Below are positions 1 to 8,466 of a DNA stretch of 56,899 nucleotides, piece by piece (positions within the stretch are counted from its first letter, which is position 1; every line of letters begins with the position of its first letter). Under the pieces are notes generated by a model that was not told the origin of the DNA, made no database searches, and worked only from the letters and a program-made list of their open reading frames with translations. The position numbers and the translations under genes are program-made. The DNA is from an uncultured Vicinamibacteraceae bacterium (GTDB lineage: Bacteria > Acidobacteriota > Vicinamibacteria > Vicinamibacterales > UBA8438): the NCBI GenBank assembly GCA_964569405.1, contig CAZMWA010000108.1, positions 1-56,899 of the forward strand, in the 5' to 3' direction.

Positions 1-78
1 CGGTGTACGCCCGGACCGAACCAGCTCGACCATCTGCTGGCGGAATGCCGCCGGATACGGCGGTCTCGATTTCGGCAT
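1..78 (-). mobile_element. IS3-family transposase OrfA, first 26 codons only (gene continues off the left edge)
   Basis: Minus-strand ATG at 78-76 lies 6 nt after AGGAGGAGGAGGAG (98-85). It reads MPKSRPPYPAAFRQQMVELVRSGRTP, the YP-x-x-FR...V-x-LV-x-x-GR opening typical of IS3/IS911 OrfA HTH proteins. It is not in the ORF track because no stop lies inside the window. Confidence 0.5.
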
Positions 79-681
79 CGTGGACTCCTCCTCCTCCTGC
101 TCGCCAACAGGATAGGTGTCCACGAAATCGGGGCAACTCCAGCCCAGTAGCCACGGCCTCTCGTTGCGTCCAGGTTGGGACGATTTGGCATGAGGTCGTC
201 ACCGAAATGGGCGCAGCGATCGCACAGGTACTCCTCATCCTCACGGTCGATTCAAGTTGGTCGCCGCACCGTTCGCACCTGCGATTGGACGTTTCGTTCT
301 TCGGCTCTTGCTCACAGAGCCGAGACAGCTCCCGCAGCATTTTGGCTCGCCACGCTGGAAGCTCGCGCGGTGGAACGAGACGGGCGGCAAGGACGGCGGC
401 AAGCCCTTCCTCGGGCCGCTTGCGGGCCAGGCGGCCAGTTCGGCACGCGTCGGCGTGGAATGCCGGATGCGGCAGCCAGTCCCCGCAGAAGCCTCGCGTG
501 GCTCTCGCCCGAGTCCTGGCGGACGATGCTCCGAATCGCCGCGTCCTGCAGCGCGACTGGGTGTCGTCAGGATCGGCGTGCTGTGCGGGCGGCGGCCGGC
601 CGTGAACCCAGCGAAGCGCCGCCGCCCGGAAGCCGATCTGTTGTCGAGGGCGCTTCGCTTTGCGCTGCTCGATCTCGCGGA

Positions 682-1893
682 CTAACGCTGCAGCGGGTCG
701 GCCTCGTCACCCGACTCGGCGAAGCCGCCGCCGAAGCCGCCGCAGGCCGTGGTGCCGCCGGCGATGCACAGGCTGGCCGGATCCGGACCGCGCCCCTCCT
801 CGAAGGCCAGCTCCCCGGCGCGCGCACCGGCGAGCAGCCCCGGCAGGCCGTAGTTGCCCTCGTGGCAGCGCGGCTCCTTGTAGATGCGGTTCGCCTGGTT
901 GTCCTGCAGGCTCAGCTCGAGGGTGACCGTCCACGGCCGCACCCACGTGGTCGGGTCCTCCATCGTGGCGACGTACTCGATGGTCTCGGCGTCGATCCGC
1001 CGCCAGCGCTCGACCACGTGCAGGTTCTCGCGGGCGCCGTAGAAGTCGGTCTTGGGACTGAAGTTGGTCACGTCGACGACGAGCGTGTCGCCCTCCCAGC
1101 GGCCGCGCGAGTCGCCCCACCACTGCCGGACGTCGGGCGGCAGGTGCGGGCGGTCGGTCACCGGGATGACGCGCTGCCAGCCCTGGCCCTGGCCGGTGTC
1201 GTAGAAGATCGAGACGGTGCCGGGGGCCTGCACCACCTGCAGGAAGAACCCGGTGGAGCCGCCGAAGTCGGGCAGGCGAGCACCGATGCAGCGCTCCGAC
1301 AGGCTGCGGTCCTCGGGCCCGTAGGCGCGATTCGAGTTGCGGGTCAGGTAGTGCGGCGCCTGCTCCTCCCAGCGCGGCGACCGCGGCCCGTACGCCGGAC
1401 AGCCCGCCCGGCCTTCCCGGCACGCGTCGGTGGACCGCAGGAGGGCCTGGTGGTACTCGTTCATCTCGCCCCGCCGCGCCTGCACCTCCGGCGTGACGGC
1501 CGGCAACTGTCCGTCCGGCGGGTCGATGATGAGCGAGGTCCGCTCGCCGAGGTGCTTGTGGGTCAGGAAGATGGACGCGTCGTAGGCTCCGCCGACGTCC
1601 TGCTCGCTGCCCGGCTCCGAGCGCCGCGTGCCGAGCAGCCGCGCGCGCTCGCTGTCGATGGCGGCGCGTTCCTCCTCCGTGAAGAACTCGCGGTCGGCGT
1701 AGCGCGCCGGCCGCTCGAGCGGCGTGTCGTAATTCGTCGTCCAGATCCCCTGCAGATCGGGGTCGCCCCACGCGGTGCGGAGCCCGGCGCCGGGCGCCTG
1801 CCCCTCGATCGTGGCGGACGCCACCTGCAGCAGCATGATCACGGCCGCAAGAACCGTCAGCACGCCGGTCAGCTCGATGACTCGTCTCCTCAT
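682..1893 (-). CDS. Secreted protein, family A (WGDPDLQG ... ERC ... RQWWGDSRGRWEGDTLVV-x-x-TNF ... CHEGNY), function unknown
   Basis: ORF 682..1914. Preferred start is ATG 1893 (GGAGG at 1904-1900, 6-nt spacer), giving the signal peptide MRRRVIELTGVLTVLAAVIMLLQVASA. Paralogous to 7495..8430 and 44244..45275. Confidence 0.8.
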   Translation of the reverse strand: MRRRVIELTGVLTVLAAVIMLLQVASATIEGQAPGAGLRTAWGDPDLQGIWTTNYDTPLERPARYADREFFTEEERAAIDSERARLLGTRRSEPGSEQDVGGAYDASIFLTHKHLGERTSLIIDPPDGQLPAVTPEVQARRGEMNEYHQALLRSTDACREGRAGCPAYGPRSPRWEEQAPHYLTRNSNRAYGPEDRSLSERCIGARLPDFGGSTGFFLQVVQAPGTVSIFYDTGQGQGWQRVIPVTDRPHLPPDVRQWWGDSRGRWEGDTLVVDVTNFSPKTDFYGARENLHVVERWRRIDAETIEYVATMEDPTTWVRPWTVTLELSLQDNQANRIYKEPRCHEGNYGLPGLLAGARAGELAFEEGRGPDPASLCIAGGTTACGGFGGGFAESGDEADPLQR

Positions 1894-1914
1894 CTCGGAC
1901 CTCCAAAGCTTCAT

Positions 1915-1978
1915 TCAGACGGGGCTGCGCCCCGAACCCCCGGCGTTCGCTTGCGGGGACCCCATAGCCCCGCGCCGC
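1915..1978 (-). repeat. REP-like GC-rich intergenic element, copy 1 (tandem with copy 2)
   Basis: TCAGACGGGGCTGCGCCCCGAACCCCCGGCGTTCGCTTGCGGGGACCCCATAGCCCCGCGCCGC. Nearly identical to copies at 2010, 2987 and 44170. Contains short G/C stems (GGGGC-TGC-GCCCC; GCGGGG-N9-CCCCGC). Confidence 0.75.
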
Positions 1979-2009
1979 TCCCGCCGAGGCGCGCCGTGCG
2001 CGGCATCAT

Positions 2010-2072
2010 TCAGACGGGGCTACGCCCCGAACCCCCGGCGTCCGCTTGCGGGGACCCCATAGCCCCGCGCCG
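2010..2072 (-). repeat. REP-like GC-rich intergenic element, copy 2
   Basis: Same core as copy 1 with 2-3 substitutions. The two copies start 95 bp apart, between the MBL gene stop (2116) and the family A gene start. Confidence 0.75.
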
Positions 2073-2115
2073 TGCAGGCCATCTACGACGAGTTGGGCCA
2101 GTGAGGGCGAAGAGT

Positions 2116-2970
2116 TCAGCGCGGCTGCAGATCCAGGCCGGCGACCGCCTCGTCCACGCTGCGGCCGGCCTCGAAGGCGGCCCGCGCCGCGTCGCGCAGG
2201 TCGCGCGTGAACGCCGCGTACTCCCGGAAGTCGTCCCAGGTCGTCCAGCCGCGCACCGGACTGCCTGTCGGCGGGGGCGCGTGTCCGGGCATCACGCGCT
2301 CCACGTCCGCGATGCCCGCCAGCGCGCTCGCCAGCGTGTCCGGGTACGCCACGCCGCTCCCGCCGTTCGCCCGATCGATGAAGGGAGCGGCCTTGCGCGG
2401 GAACAGGTCGCCGACGTGCGCCGTGGCCAGCGCCGGGAAGACCACGATCGTGTCGCCGTTCGTGTGGGCGGGACCGAAGTGGTACAGGTCGATCCGGTCG
2501 CGGCCCTCGAAGAGCGACAGCGTATCGCGGTATGTCTCGTTGGGCAGGAAGCGGGCGTTGTCGCCGCCGAAGATGTCCGAGGCCGCCATCCCCGCCCGCG
2601 CGTTCTCGTGCGCGGCAATGCGCACCACGTCGGAGAAATGCGGGTTGCTGCCCGTATGGTCGCCGTGCTGGTGCGTGTTGATGATGGTGGTGATCGGCTC
2701 GTCGGTCACCGCGCTCACCGCGTCGAGAATCGCCGGGCCCCAGCCCGGGTTCTTCGTGTCGACGAGCACGACGCCGTGGTCGTCGGTGACGAGCATCGCC
2801 GTATGGCCGCCACCGCCGCTGACCAGGTACAGGTTCTCCGCGACGCCCATCGACTGGACCGTCACCGAGCGCCGCTCCTGCTCCGCCTGGCCGCCGGCGA
2901 CGGCTGCCGCCAGCATGCCGGCCAACAGCAGGCCGGGCGCCACCGCGCGTCTCATGTGCATTCGTCTCAT
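2116..2970 (-). CDS. MBL-fold metallo-hydrolase, secreted
   Basis: HxHxDH zinc motif in INTHQHGDHTGSN. N-terminal signal peptide MRRAVAPGLLLAGMLAAAVAGGQA. Confidence 0.85.
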   Translation of the reverse strand: MRRMHMRRAVAPGLLLAGMLAAAVAGGQAEQERRSVTVQSMGVAENLYLVSGGGGHTAMLVTDDHGVVLVDTKNPGWGPAILDAVSAVTDEPITTIINTHQHGDHTGSNPHFSDVVRIAAHENARAGMAASDIFGGDNARFLPNETYRDTLSLFEGRDRIDLYHFGPAHTNGDTIVVFPALATAHVGDLFPRKAAPFIDRANGGSGVAYPDTLASALAGIADVERVMPGHAPPPTGSPVRGWTTWDDFREYAAFTRDLRDAARAAFEAGRSVDEAVAGLDLQPR

Positions 2971-2986
2971 GCCGCCTCAGATTCCA

Positions 2987-3049
2987 TCAGACGGGGCTGC
3001 GCCCCGAACCCCCGGCGTCCGCTTGCGGGGACCCATAACCCCGCGCCGC
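2987..3049 (-). repeat. REP-like GC-rich intergenic element, copy 3
   Basis: Same core, lying between the NHL gene stop (3063) and the MBL start (2970). Confidence 0.75.
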
Positions 3050-3062
3050 TGCCGCGGACTCC

Positions 3063-4202
3063 CTAGTCTGCCACGGATCCGGACGGGGCTCCCAGGCCGC
3101 GGTAGACGAACTTCTGCACGCGGCTGCCCGGATTCGATTCCGCCACGTAGAGATTCCCGTTCGAGTCTGCCGCCAGGTGGTGGATGCCCCGGAACTGGCC
3201 GGGGCCGTCGCCCTCGCTGCCGAACGCATCGAGGATCCGGAGCGTCCCGCGCTCGACCACCACGACGCGCGAGTTGAAGTCGGCGATGTACATGAAACGC
3301 TGCTCCGCGTCGGGCGAGAACGCCACGCGCGACGCCGACCGCCGGGACGGCGCGGCGCGATTGATGAAGAGCTGCGTCCGGTACGTGCCGTCGAGCGTGA
3401 ACACCTGGATCCGCCGGTTGTCCCGATCGCAGACGTAGACCAGCCCGTCGTTCGCAACCGTGACGCAATGGACCGCCGTGACCTGCAGCGGCGGGTTGGT
3501 GAACTGCGCCGGACCCCGCCCCGTCGCATCCAGCGGCTCGTCCGCCGCCGGGCCGGACGGCGCGTCCGGCCGGTTGCCGAACCCGCCCCACATCCGCTTG
3601 AAGGCGCCGGTGTCGGCGTCGAAGACGATGACGCGCCGGTTGCCGTAGCCGTCGGCCACCAGCAGCTCGTTCGTCGCGCCGTGCACGAACTGGTCGGCCG
3701 GCTGGTGGAGGTTGGCGGTGTCCGCGTTGCCGCCGCTCGCGCCGCGGCGTCCGATCTGCAGCAGCAGCGCGCCGTTGGCGGTGAACTTGAGCAACATGTC
3801 GTCGGCCGGCGGCTCGGCCGACCGGCCCCCGACCCACACGTTGTCCTTGTAGTCGACGAAGATGCCGTGCGCGATCGCCGGCCACTCGTAGCCGTCACCC
3901 GGTCCGCCCCAGCCCTGCAGGTAGCGGCCTTCCGCGTCGAACTCGAGCACCGCCGGGCCGCGCTCGGGCCGGTGCAGGATCCAGACGTGATCCTGGCGGT
4001 CGACCGCCACCGAGGTGACCTCGCCCATGTGCACGGTGTCGGGAATGGCCGGCCACCCGGGATCCACCTCGAACCGCGGCGCCTCGCCGGTGTTCTGGTT
4101 GCGGGCGGCGGCCGCCCGCTCGAGCGCGTCCTGGCCGACGCCGAGCGCGGCCAGAAGAGCCAGCAGCGCGGCGGCAACCAGGAGACGACGGCTGGTCCTC
4201 AT
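3063..4202 (-). CDS. NHL-repeat beta-propeller protein, peptidyl-alpha-hydroxyglycine lyase (PAL)-like, secreted
   Basis: ORF 3063..4487. Internal ATG at 4202 gives the signal peptide MRTSRRLLVAAALLALLAALGVG. Repeated blades of the type HGIFVDYKDNVWV, LLVADGYGNRRVIVFD, LVYVCDRDNRRIQVF, NLYVAESNPGSRVQKF. Confidence 0.75.
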   Translation of the reverse strand: MRTSRRLLVAAALLALLAALGVGQDALERAAAARNQNTGEAPRFEVDPGWPAIPDTVHMGEVTSVAVDRQDHVWILHRPERGPAVLEFDAEGRYLQGWGGPGDGYEWPAIAHGIFVDYKDNVWVGGRSAEPPADDMLLKFTANGALLLQIGRRGASGGNADTANLHQPADQFVHGATNELLVADGYGNRRVIVFDADTGAFKRMWGGFGNRPDAPSGPAADEPLDATGRGPAQFTNPPLQVTAVHCVTVANDGLVYVCDRDNRRIQVFTLDGTYRTQLFINRAAPSRRSASRVAFSPDAEQRFMYIADFNSRVVVVERGTLRILDAFGSEGDGPGQFRGIHHLAADSNGNLYVAESNPGSRVQKFVYRGLGAPSGSVAD

Positions 4203-4361
4203 GCGCTCCCTCCGGGACGACAGCCAGTGTAGCAGGCCGTGGACTCGCGCCCCACGATACTCCACCGTACGGATCGCCCGGCCTGAGAGTACAATGCCTC
4301 CCGTCCGGCAGCTCGGGCAGGCCCGGGCGGCGGGGACTTCCGTGCATCCGGGGAGGCTCCC

Positions 4362-4472
4362 ATGCGGAGAACCACCGGCACGCCGTTCGAGTACGCCTGC
4401 CGCGAGGGCAACTACGGTCTGGTGAATGGGCTGCGCTCGGCGCGCTTCGAAGAACGAGGAGGCGAGAGATGA
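4362..4472 (+). pseudogene. 36-codon ORF that is a C-terminal relic of family A; possibly retained as a coupled upstream ORF of the PQQ dehydrogenase
   Basis: MRRTTGTPFEYACREGNYGLVNGLRSARFEERGGER aligns with the family A C-terminus (FEYACHEGNYAMEGILAGARAEE). GGGGAGG at 4350-4356 lies 5 nt before the ATG. Its TGA (4470-4472) overlaps the PQQ gene ATG (4469-4471). Confidence 0.4.
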
Positions 4473-6487
4473 CCCGGCGCTCCCCATCGCACGGCGGCGC
4501 CCTGCTTCCCTGCCTGGTGCTCGCCGGGGTCGTCTGGGCCGGCTCGTCTCCGGCGCGCGCCCAGGGCGGCTCCGACGACGGCGAGTGGCACTCCTGGGGC
4601 GGCAACGCGCAGTTCACGCGCTACTCGCCGCTGGACCAGATTGCGCCGCACAACGTCGCGGAGCTGGAGGTGGCGTGGCGCTGGGAGACGGCCGACCGCG
4701 AGCTGCAGGACTCGAACCCCCTGTGGCGCGCCGGCCGCAACGAGGACACGCCGCTCATGGCGAACGGCGTGCTGTACACCGTCACCGGGCTGGGCCTGAT
4801 CGCCGCGCTCGATCCGGCGACGGGCGAGACGCGCTGGGTGCACGACCCGCGGAGCTACGAGCAGGGCCGCTGGGGCGCCGTGGGATTCATCCAGCGCGGG
4901 CTGGCCTACTGGACCGACGGCATCGAGGAACGCGTGCTGGTCGGCACCATCGACGCCCATCTCATCTCGCTGGACGCGCGCACCGGGCAACCCGACGCCG
5001 CGTTCGGGGACGGCGGGCGGGTCGACCTGCTCGTCGGCGTGCCGCGCACGAGCCGCGACGCGCGGCACGTGGCCGCCCGGCGGCCGCTGGTGGCCGGCGA
5101 CGTGGTGGTCATCGGCAGCTCCATCTCGGATCGCCCGGCCAACCGCGAGATGCCGCCGGGCTCGGTGCACGCCTACGACGTCCGCAGCGGCCGCCGGCTG
5201 TGGACGTTCTACACGGTGCCGCGCGAGTTCGAGGCGGGCTACGAAACGTGGCTCAACGGCTCGGCCGAGTACTCCGGCAACGCCAACGTGTGGGCCGGCA
5301 TGGCCTACGACCCCGAGCTCGACTACGTCTACCTGCCCACGTCGACGCCGACGAACGACTACTACGGCGGCCAGCGGCCGGGCGACAACCTGTTCGCCGA
5401 GAGCCTCGTCTGCCTCGAGGCGCGGACCGGCCGCCGGGTCTGGCACTTCCAGGCCGTGCACCACGGGCTGTGGGACTACGACTTCGCGTCGACCCCCGTG
5501 CTGGCCGACATCACCGTCGACAGCCGGCCGATCAAGGCCGTCATCCAGGCCAGCAAGCAGGCCTTCGCTTACGTGTTCGACCGCGCGACCGGCGAGCCCG
5601 TGTGGCCCATCGAGGAGCGGCCCGTCCCCGAATCGACGGTACCCGGCGAGTGGACGGCGCCGACGCAGCCCTTCCCCACCCGGCCGCCGCCCTTCGACCT
5701 GCAGGGCGCCACCGAGGAGAACCTCATCGACTTCACGCCCGAGCTCCGGGAGCGGGCGCTGGCGCAGCTCGGGCAGTTCGACCACGGGCCCCTCTTCACG
5801 CCGCCGTCGCTGCGCGGCACGCTGATACTGCCCGGCATCGTCGGGGGCGCCAACTGGCCCGGCGGGGCGTTCGACACCGAGACGGGCCTCTTCTACGTGG
5901 CGTCGCGCATGAACCCGTCGCTCATCTTGGTATCGCCGGTCGATGCCGCGCGCTCCAACCTGCAGTACCGCGGGCAGGCGGGCGGGCCCGGGCAGGGCGG
6001 CGTGGGCGGCATGCCCGACGCGGCGAGCCGGATGACGGTGGACGGCCTGCCGCTGTTCAAGCCGCCGTACTTCCGGGTGACGGCAATCGACATGAATGCG
6101 GGCGAGCAGCGCTGGATGGCGCCGCTCGGCAACGGACCGGTCGACCACCCGCTGCTGCAGGACCTCGACCTCCCGCCGCTCGGAGGCGACTATCACCGGG
6201 GCAGCGTGCTGGTCACGAAGGGCCTGCTCTTCGTCAGCATGTCGGCCATGCACTCGCAGGGCGTCCCGCAACGCGCGGCCTGGTCGGAATGGGCCGATCC
6301 GGACGACGAGCTGAACCTGCTCTACGCGTTCGACAAGCTGTCGGGCGAGCTGCTGCACGCCTTTCGGCTCGACGGGTTCTCGGCCGCGGCGCCGATGACG
6401 TACGAGCACGAGGGCCGGCAGTACGTCGTGGTGGCGACAGGCTCCGGGCCGGACTCGGCGGTCGTCGCTCTCGGCCTGCCCGACTAG
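4469..6487 (+). CDS. PQQ-dependent dehydrogenase (quinoprotein, 8-bladed propeller), secreted
   Basis: 672 aa. Signal peptide, then DGEWHSWGGNAQFTRYSPLDQI...NVAELEVAWRWE, the typical quinoprotein dehydrogenase opening, with repeated W-containing propeller motifs. Confidence 0.85.
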   Translation: MTRRSPSHGGALLPCLVLAGVVWAGSSPARAQGGSDDGEWHSWGGNAQFTRYSPLDQIAPHNVAELEVAWRWETADRELQDSNPLWRAGRNEDTPLMANGVLYTVTGLGLIAALDPATGETRWVHDPRSYEQGRWGAVGFIQRGLAYWTDGIEERVLVGTIDAHLISLDARTGQPDAAFGDGGRVDLLVGVPRTSRDARHVAARRPLVAGDVVVIGSSISDRPANREMPPGSVHAYDVRSGRRLWTFYTVPREFEAGYETWLNGSAEYSGNANVWAGMAYDPELDYVYLPTSTPTNDYYGGQRPGDNLFAESLVCLEARTGRRVWHFQAVHHGLWDYDFASTPVLADITVDSRPIKAVIQASKQAFAYVFDRATGEPVWPIEERPVPESTVPGEWTAPTQPFPTRPPPFDLQGATEENLIDFTPELRERALAQLGQFDHGPLFTPPSLRGTLILPGIVGGANWPGGAFDTETGLFYVASRMNPSLILVSPVDAARSNLQYRGQAGGPGQGGVGGMPDAASRMTVDGLPLFKPPYFRVTAIDMNAGEQRWMAPLGNGPVDHPLLQDLDLPPLGGDYHRGSVLVTKGLLFVSMSAMHSQGVPQRAAWSEWADPDDELNLLYAFDKLSGELLHAFRLDGFSAAAPMTYEHEGRQYVVVATGSGPDSAVVALGLPD

Positions 6488-6504
6488 ATCCTGGGAGGAA
6501 CGAC

Positions 6505-7476
6505 ATGAGAACCGGAGTCGCGTGTCTGACGGCGGTGCTTCTGGCGGGTCTCGCGCTCCATACCGGTCGCGCGCAATCCGGCCGCGAGGTCAGCCGCGCC
6601 GAGTACGACGGCTGGAAGACCGAGCTGTCGAACTGGGGGCGCTGGGGCGCCGACGACGAGATCGGCACGCTGAACCTGATCACGCCGGCCAAGCGCCGCG
6701 AGGCCGCCGCGCTGGTGCGCGACGGCGTGTCCGTGTCGCTGTCGCTCGACCTCGATACCGAGGCGGCGGTCGACAACGGCAGCCCGTTCGTCCAGGACAT
6801 CTACGGCGTCGGCGGCGACGGGTGGCACATCCGCTACCACGGCTACGGCATGACGCACATCGACGCGCTCGCCCACGTCTTCGACGACGGGGCGACCTAC
6901 AACGGCTACGTGCCGGACGAGGCGGAGGTGCTGGCGAACGGCCATCGGCGCAGCTCCATCCACAACCTCAAGCACGGCATCGTCACGCGCGGCGTGCTGA
7001 TGGACATCCCGCGGCTCAAGGGCGTGGACTACCTCGAGCCGGGCACGGCCATCTACCCCGAGGACCTCGAGGCCTGGGAGCGGCAGGCCGGGTTCAGGGT
7101 CTCGGCCGGCGACGCGATGTTCGTGCGCACGGGGCGCTGGGTCCGCCGCGCGCGGATGGGCCCGTGGCCGATCGCCGAGCAGGCGGCCGGACTCCACGTC
7201 TCGTGCCTGCCGTGGCTGCGGGAGCGCGACGTGGCGCTGCTCGGCGGCGAGTCGCCGCAGGACGTCGAACCGATGGTCGGCGGTCCGGGCGTCCGGTACG
7301 CGCTGCACAACTTCCTGATAATCCGCCTGGGGATGCACCTGTTCGACAACGTCGACCTGACCGCGCTGAGCGAGACGGCAGCGGAGCTCGACCGCTGGGA
7401 GTTCATGCTCACCGTCGCGCCGCTGGCGGTGCGCGGCGGGACCGGTTCCGCCGTCAACCCGATCGCGACGTTCTGA
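6505..7476 (+). CDS. Cyclase-family protein (kynurenine formamidase-like fold), secreted
   Basis: ATG 6505 after GGGAGGA (6493-6499), in frame with ORF 4426..7476. Motifs SNWGRWGADDEIGTLN and HGYGMTHIDALAH. Paralog at 14282..15346. Confidence 0.8.
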   Translation: MRTGVACLTAVLLAGLALHTGRAQSGREVSRAEYDGWKTELSNWGRWGADDEIGTLNLITPAKRREAAALVRDGVSVSLSLDLDTEAAVDNGSPFVQDIYGVGGDGWHIRYHGYGMTHIDALAHVFDDGATYNGYVPDEAEVLANGHRRSSIHNLKHGIVTRGVLMDIPRLKGVDYLEPGTAIYPEDLEAWERQAGFRVSAGDAMFVRTGRWVRRARMGPWPIAEQAAGLHVSCLPWLRERDVALLGGESPQDVEPMVGGPGVRYALHNFLIIRLGMHLFDNVDLTALSETAAELDRWEFMLTVAPLAVRGGTGSAVNPIATF

Positions 7477-7494
7477 CGTCCGGAGGAGGACCTC

Positions 7495-8430
7495 TTGCGC
7501 AGAGCCAGCGTCGGGCTGACGTTCATCGGCATGCTCCTGCTGCCGGCGGCGGCGACCGCGCAGCCCGGCGCGGACGCTGCCGGCATCCCGCGCACCCCCT
7601 GGGGCGCGCCGGATCTCATGGGGTACTGGACGTACGACACCACCACGCCCCTGCAGCGCCCCCCCGAGCTGGCGGGCAAGGAGGTGCTGACCCCGGCCGA
7701 GGCGGCCGCGTTCCTCGACGAGCGCTACGTCAGCATCGGCCGCGAGCGGGCCCTGCAGCTCAACGCGGACTGGTGGGTGCCCGGGGATCTGACAGGCGGC
7801 CGCACGGCGCTGATCGTCGATCCGCCGGACGGCCGGATACCCCCGCGGACGGCGGCCGGGCAGGCTCGGCTCGCGGCGCTCGCGCCGGCCCTGAGAACCC
7901 GGAAGGCGGACGGCCCCGAGGACCGCGAGCGCTACGAGCGGTGCATCATGGGCCGCTCGATTCCGATGGAGGCCAGGCCCGCGCCGCGCCTGTTCCAGGT
8001 CTTCCAGACCGCTGACCACGTGGTCCTGCTCAACGAGCAGAACTTCGAGATCCGCCTCGTCCCGCTGACGGGCGCGCCGCGTCTGCCGGCCCCGATCCGC
8101 CAGTGGCGCGGCGAGGGACGCGGGCGCTGGGACGGCGACACCCTGGTCATCGAGACCACGAACTTCAACGGCAAGTGGACGCTGCATGGCGCCGGTCCCG
8201 AGCTGCGGCTGGTCGAGCGGCTCTCGTTCGCCGACCCGGACACGCTGCAGTACGAGTTCACCGTGCACGATCCGGCGTCGTTCGTCCGCCCCTGGACCGT
8301 GCAGTTTCCGATCGCGCGGGCTGCCGGGCCGCTCTACGAATTCGCCTGCCACGAGGGCAACTACAGCCTGCCGCTCATCCTGAGCGGCGCGCGGGCGGAG
8401 GAAGCGGCGGCCGCCAAGAGAGTGCCGTAA
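7495..8430 (+). CDS. Secreted protein, family A
   Basis: TTG start at 7495 after GGAGGAGGA (7482-7490). Motifs TPWGAPDLMGYW, ERCIMG, RQWRGEGRGRWDGDTLVIETTNF, ACHEGNYSLPLILSGARAEE. Confidence 0.8.
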   Translation: MRRASVGLTFIGMLLLPAAATAQPGADAAGIPRTPWGAPDLMGYWTYDTTTPLQRPPELAGKEVLTPAEAAAFLDERYVSIGRERALQLNADWWVPGDLTGGRTALIVDPPDGRIPPRTAAGQARLAALAPALRTRKADGPEDRERYERCIMGRSIPMEARPAPRLFQVFQTADHVVLLNEQNFEIRLVPLTGAPRLPAPIRQWRGEGRGRWDGDTLVIETTNFNGKWTLHGAGPELRLVERLSFADPDTLQYEFTVHDPASFVRPWTVQFPIARAAGPLYEFACHEGNYSLPLILSGARAEEAAAAKRVP

Positions 8431-8466
8431 CGGATCGGAGCGTACGGTGCGCCCGCCCCCCCGCAC

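Noticed and set aside
1915-2072. Tandem repeat pair considered as a mini CRISPR array
   Set aside because: Only two adjacent copies, a 63-bp unit with a 31-bp spacer, no cas genes, and further solitary copies elsewhere. It behaves like a REP-type element.
175-3066. 963-aa plus-strand ORF spanning three minus-strand genes
   Set aside because: The translation is R/A/G/P-rich low-complexity sequence with no motifs. It runs antisense to genes that have clear signal peptides and catalytic motifs and passes through the REP-like repeats. This is a typical high-GC shadow ORF.
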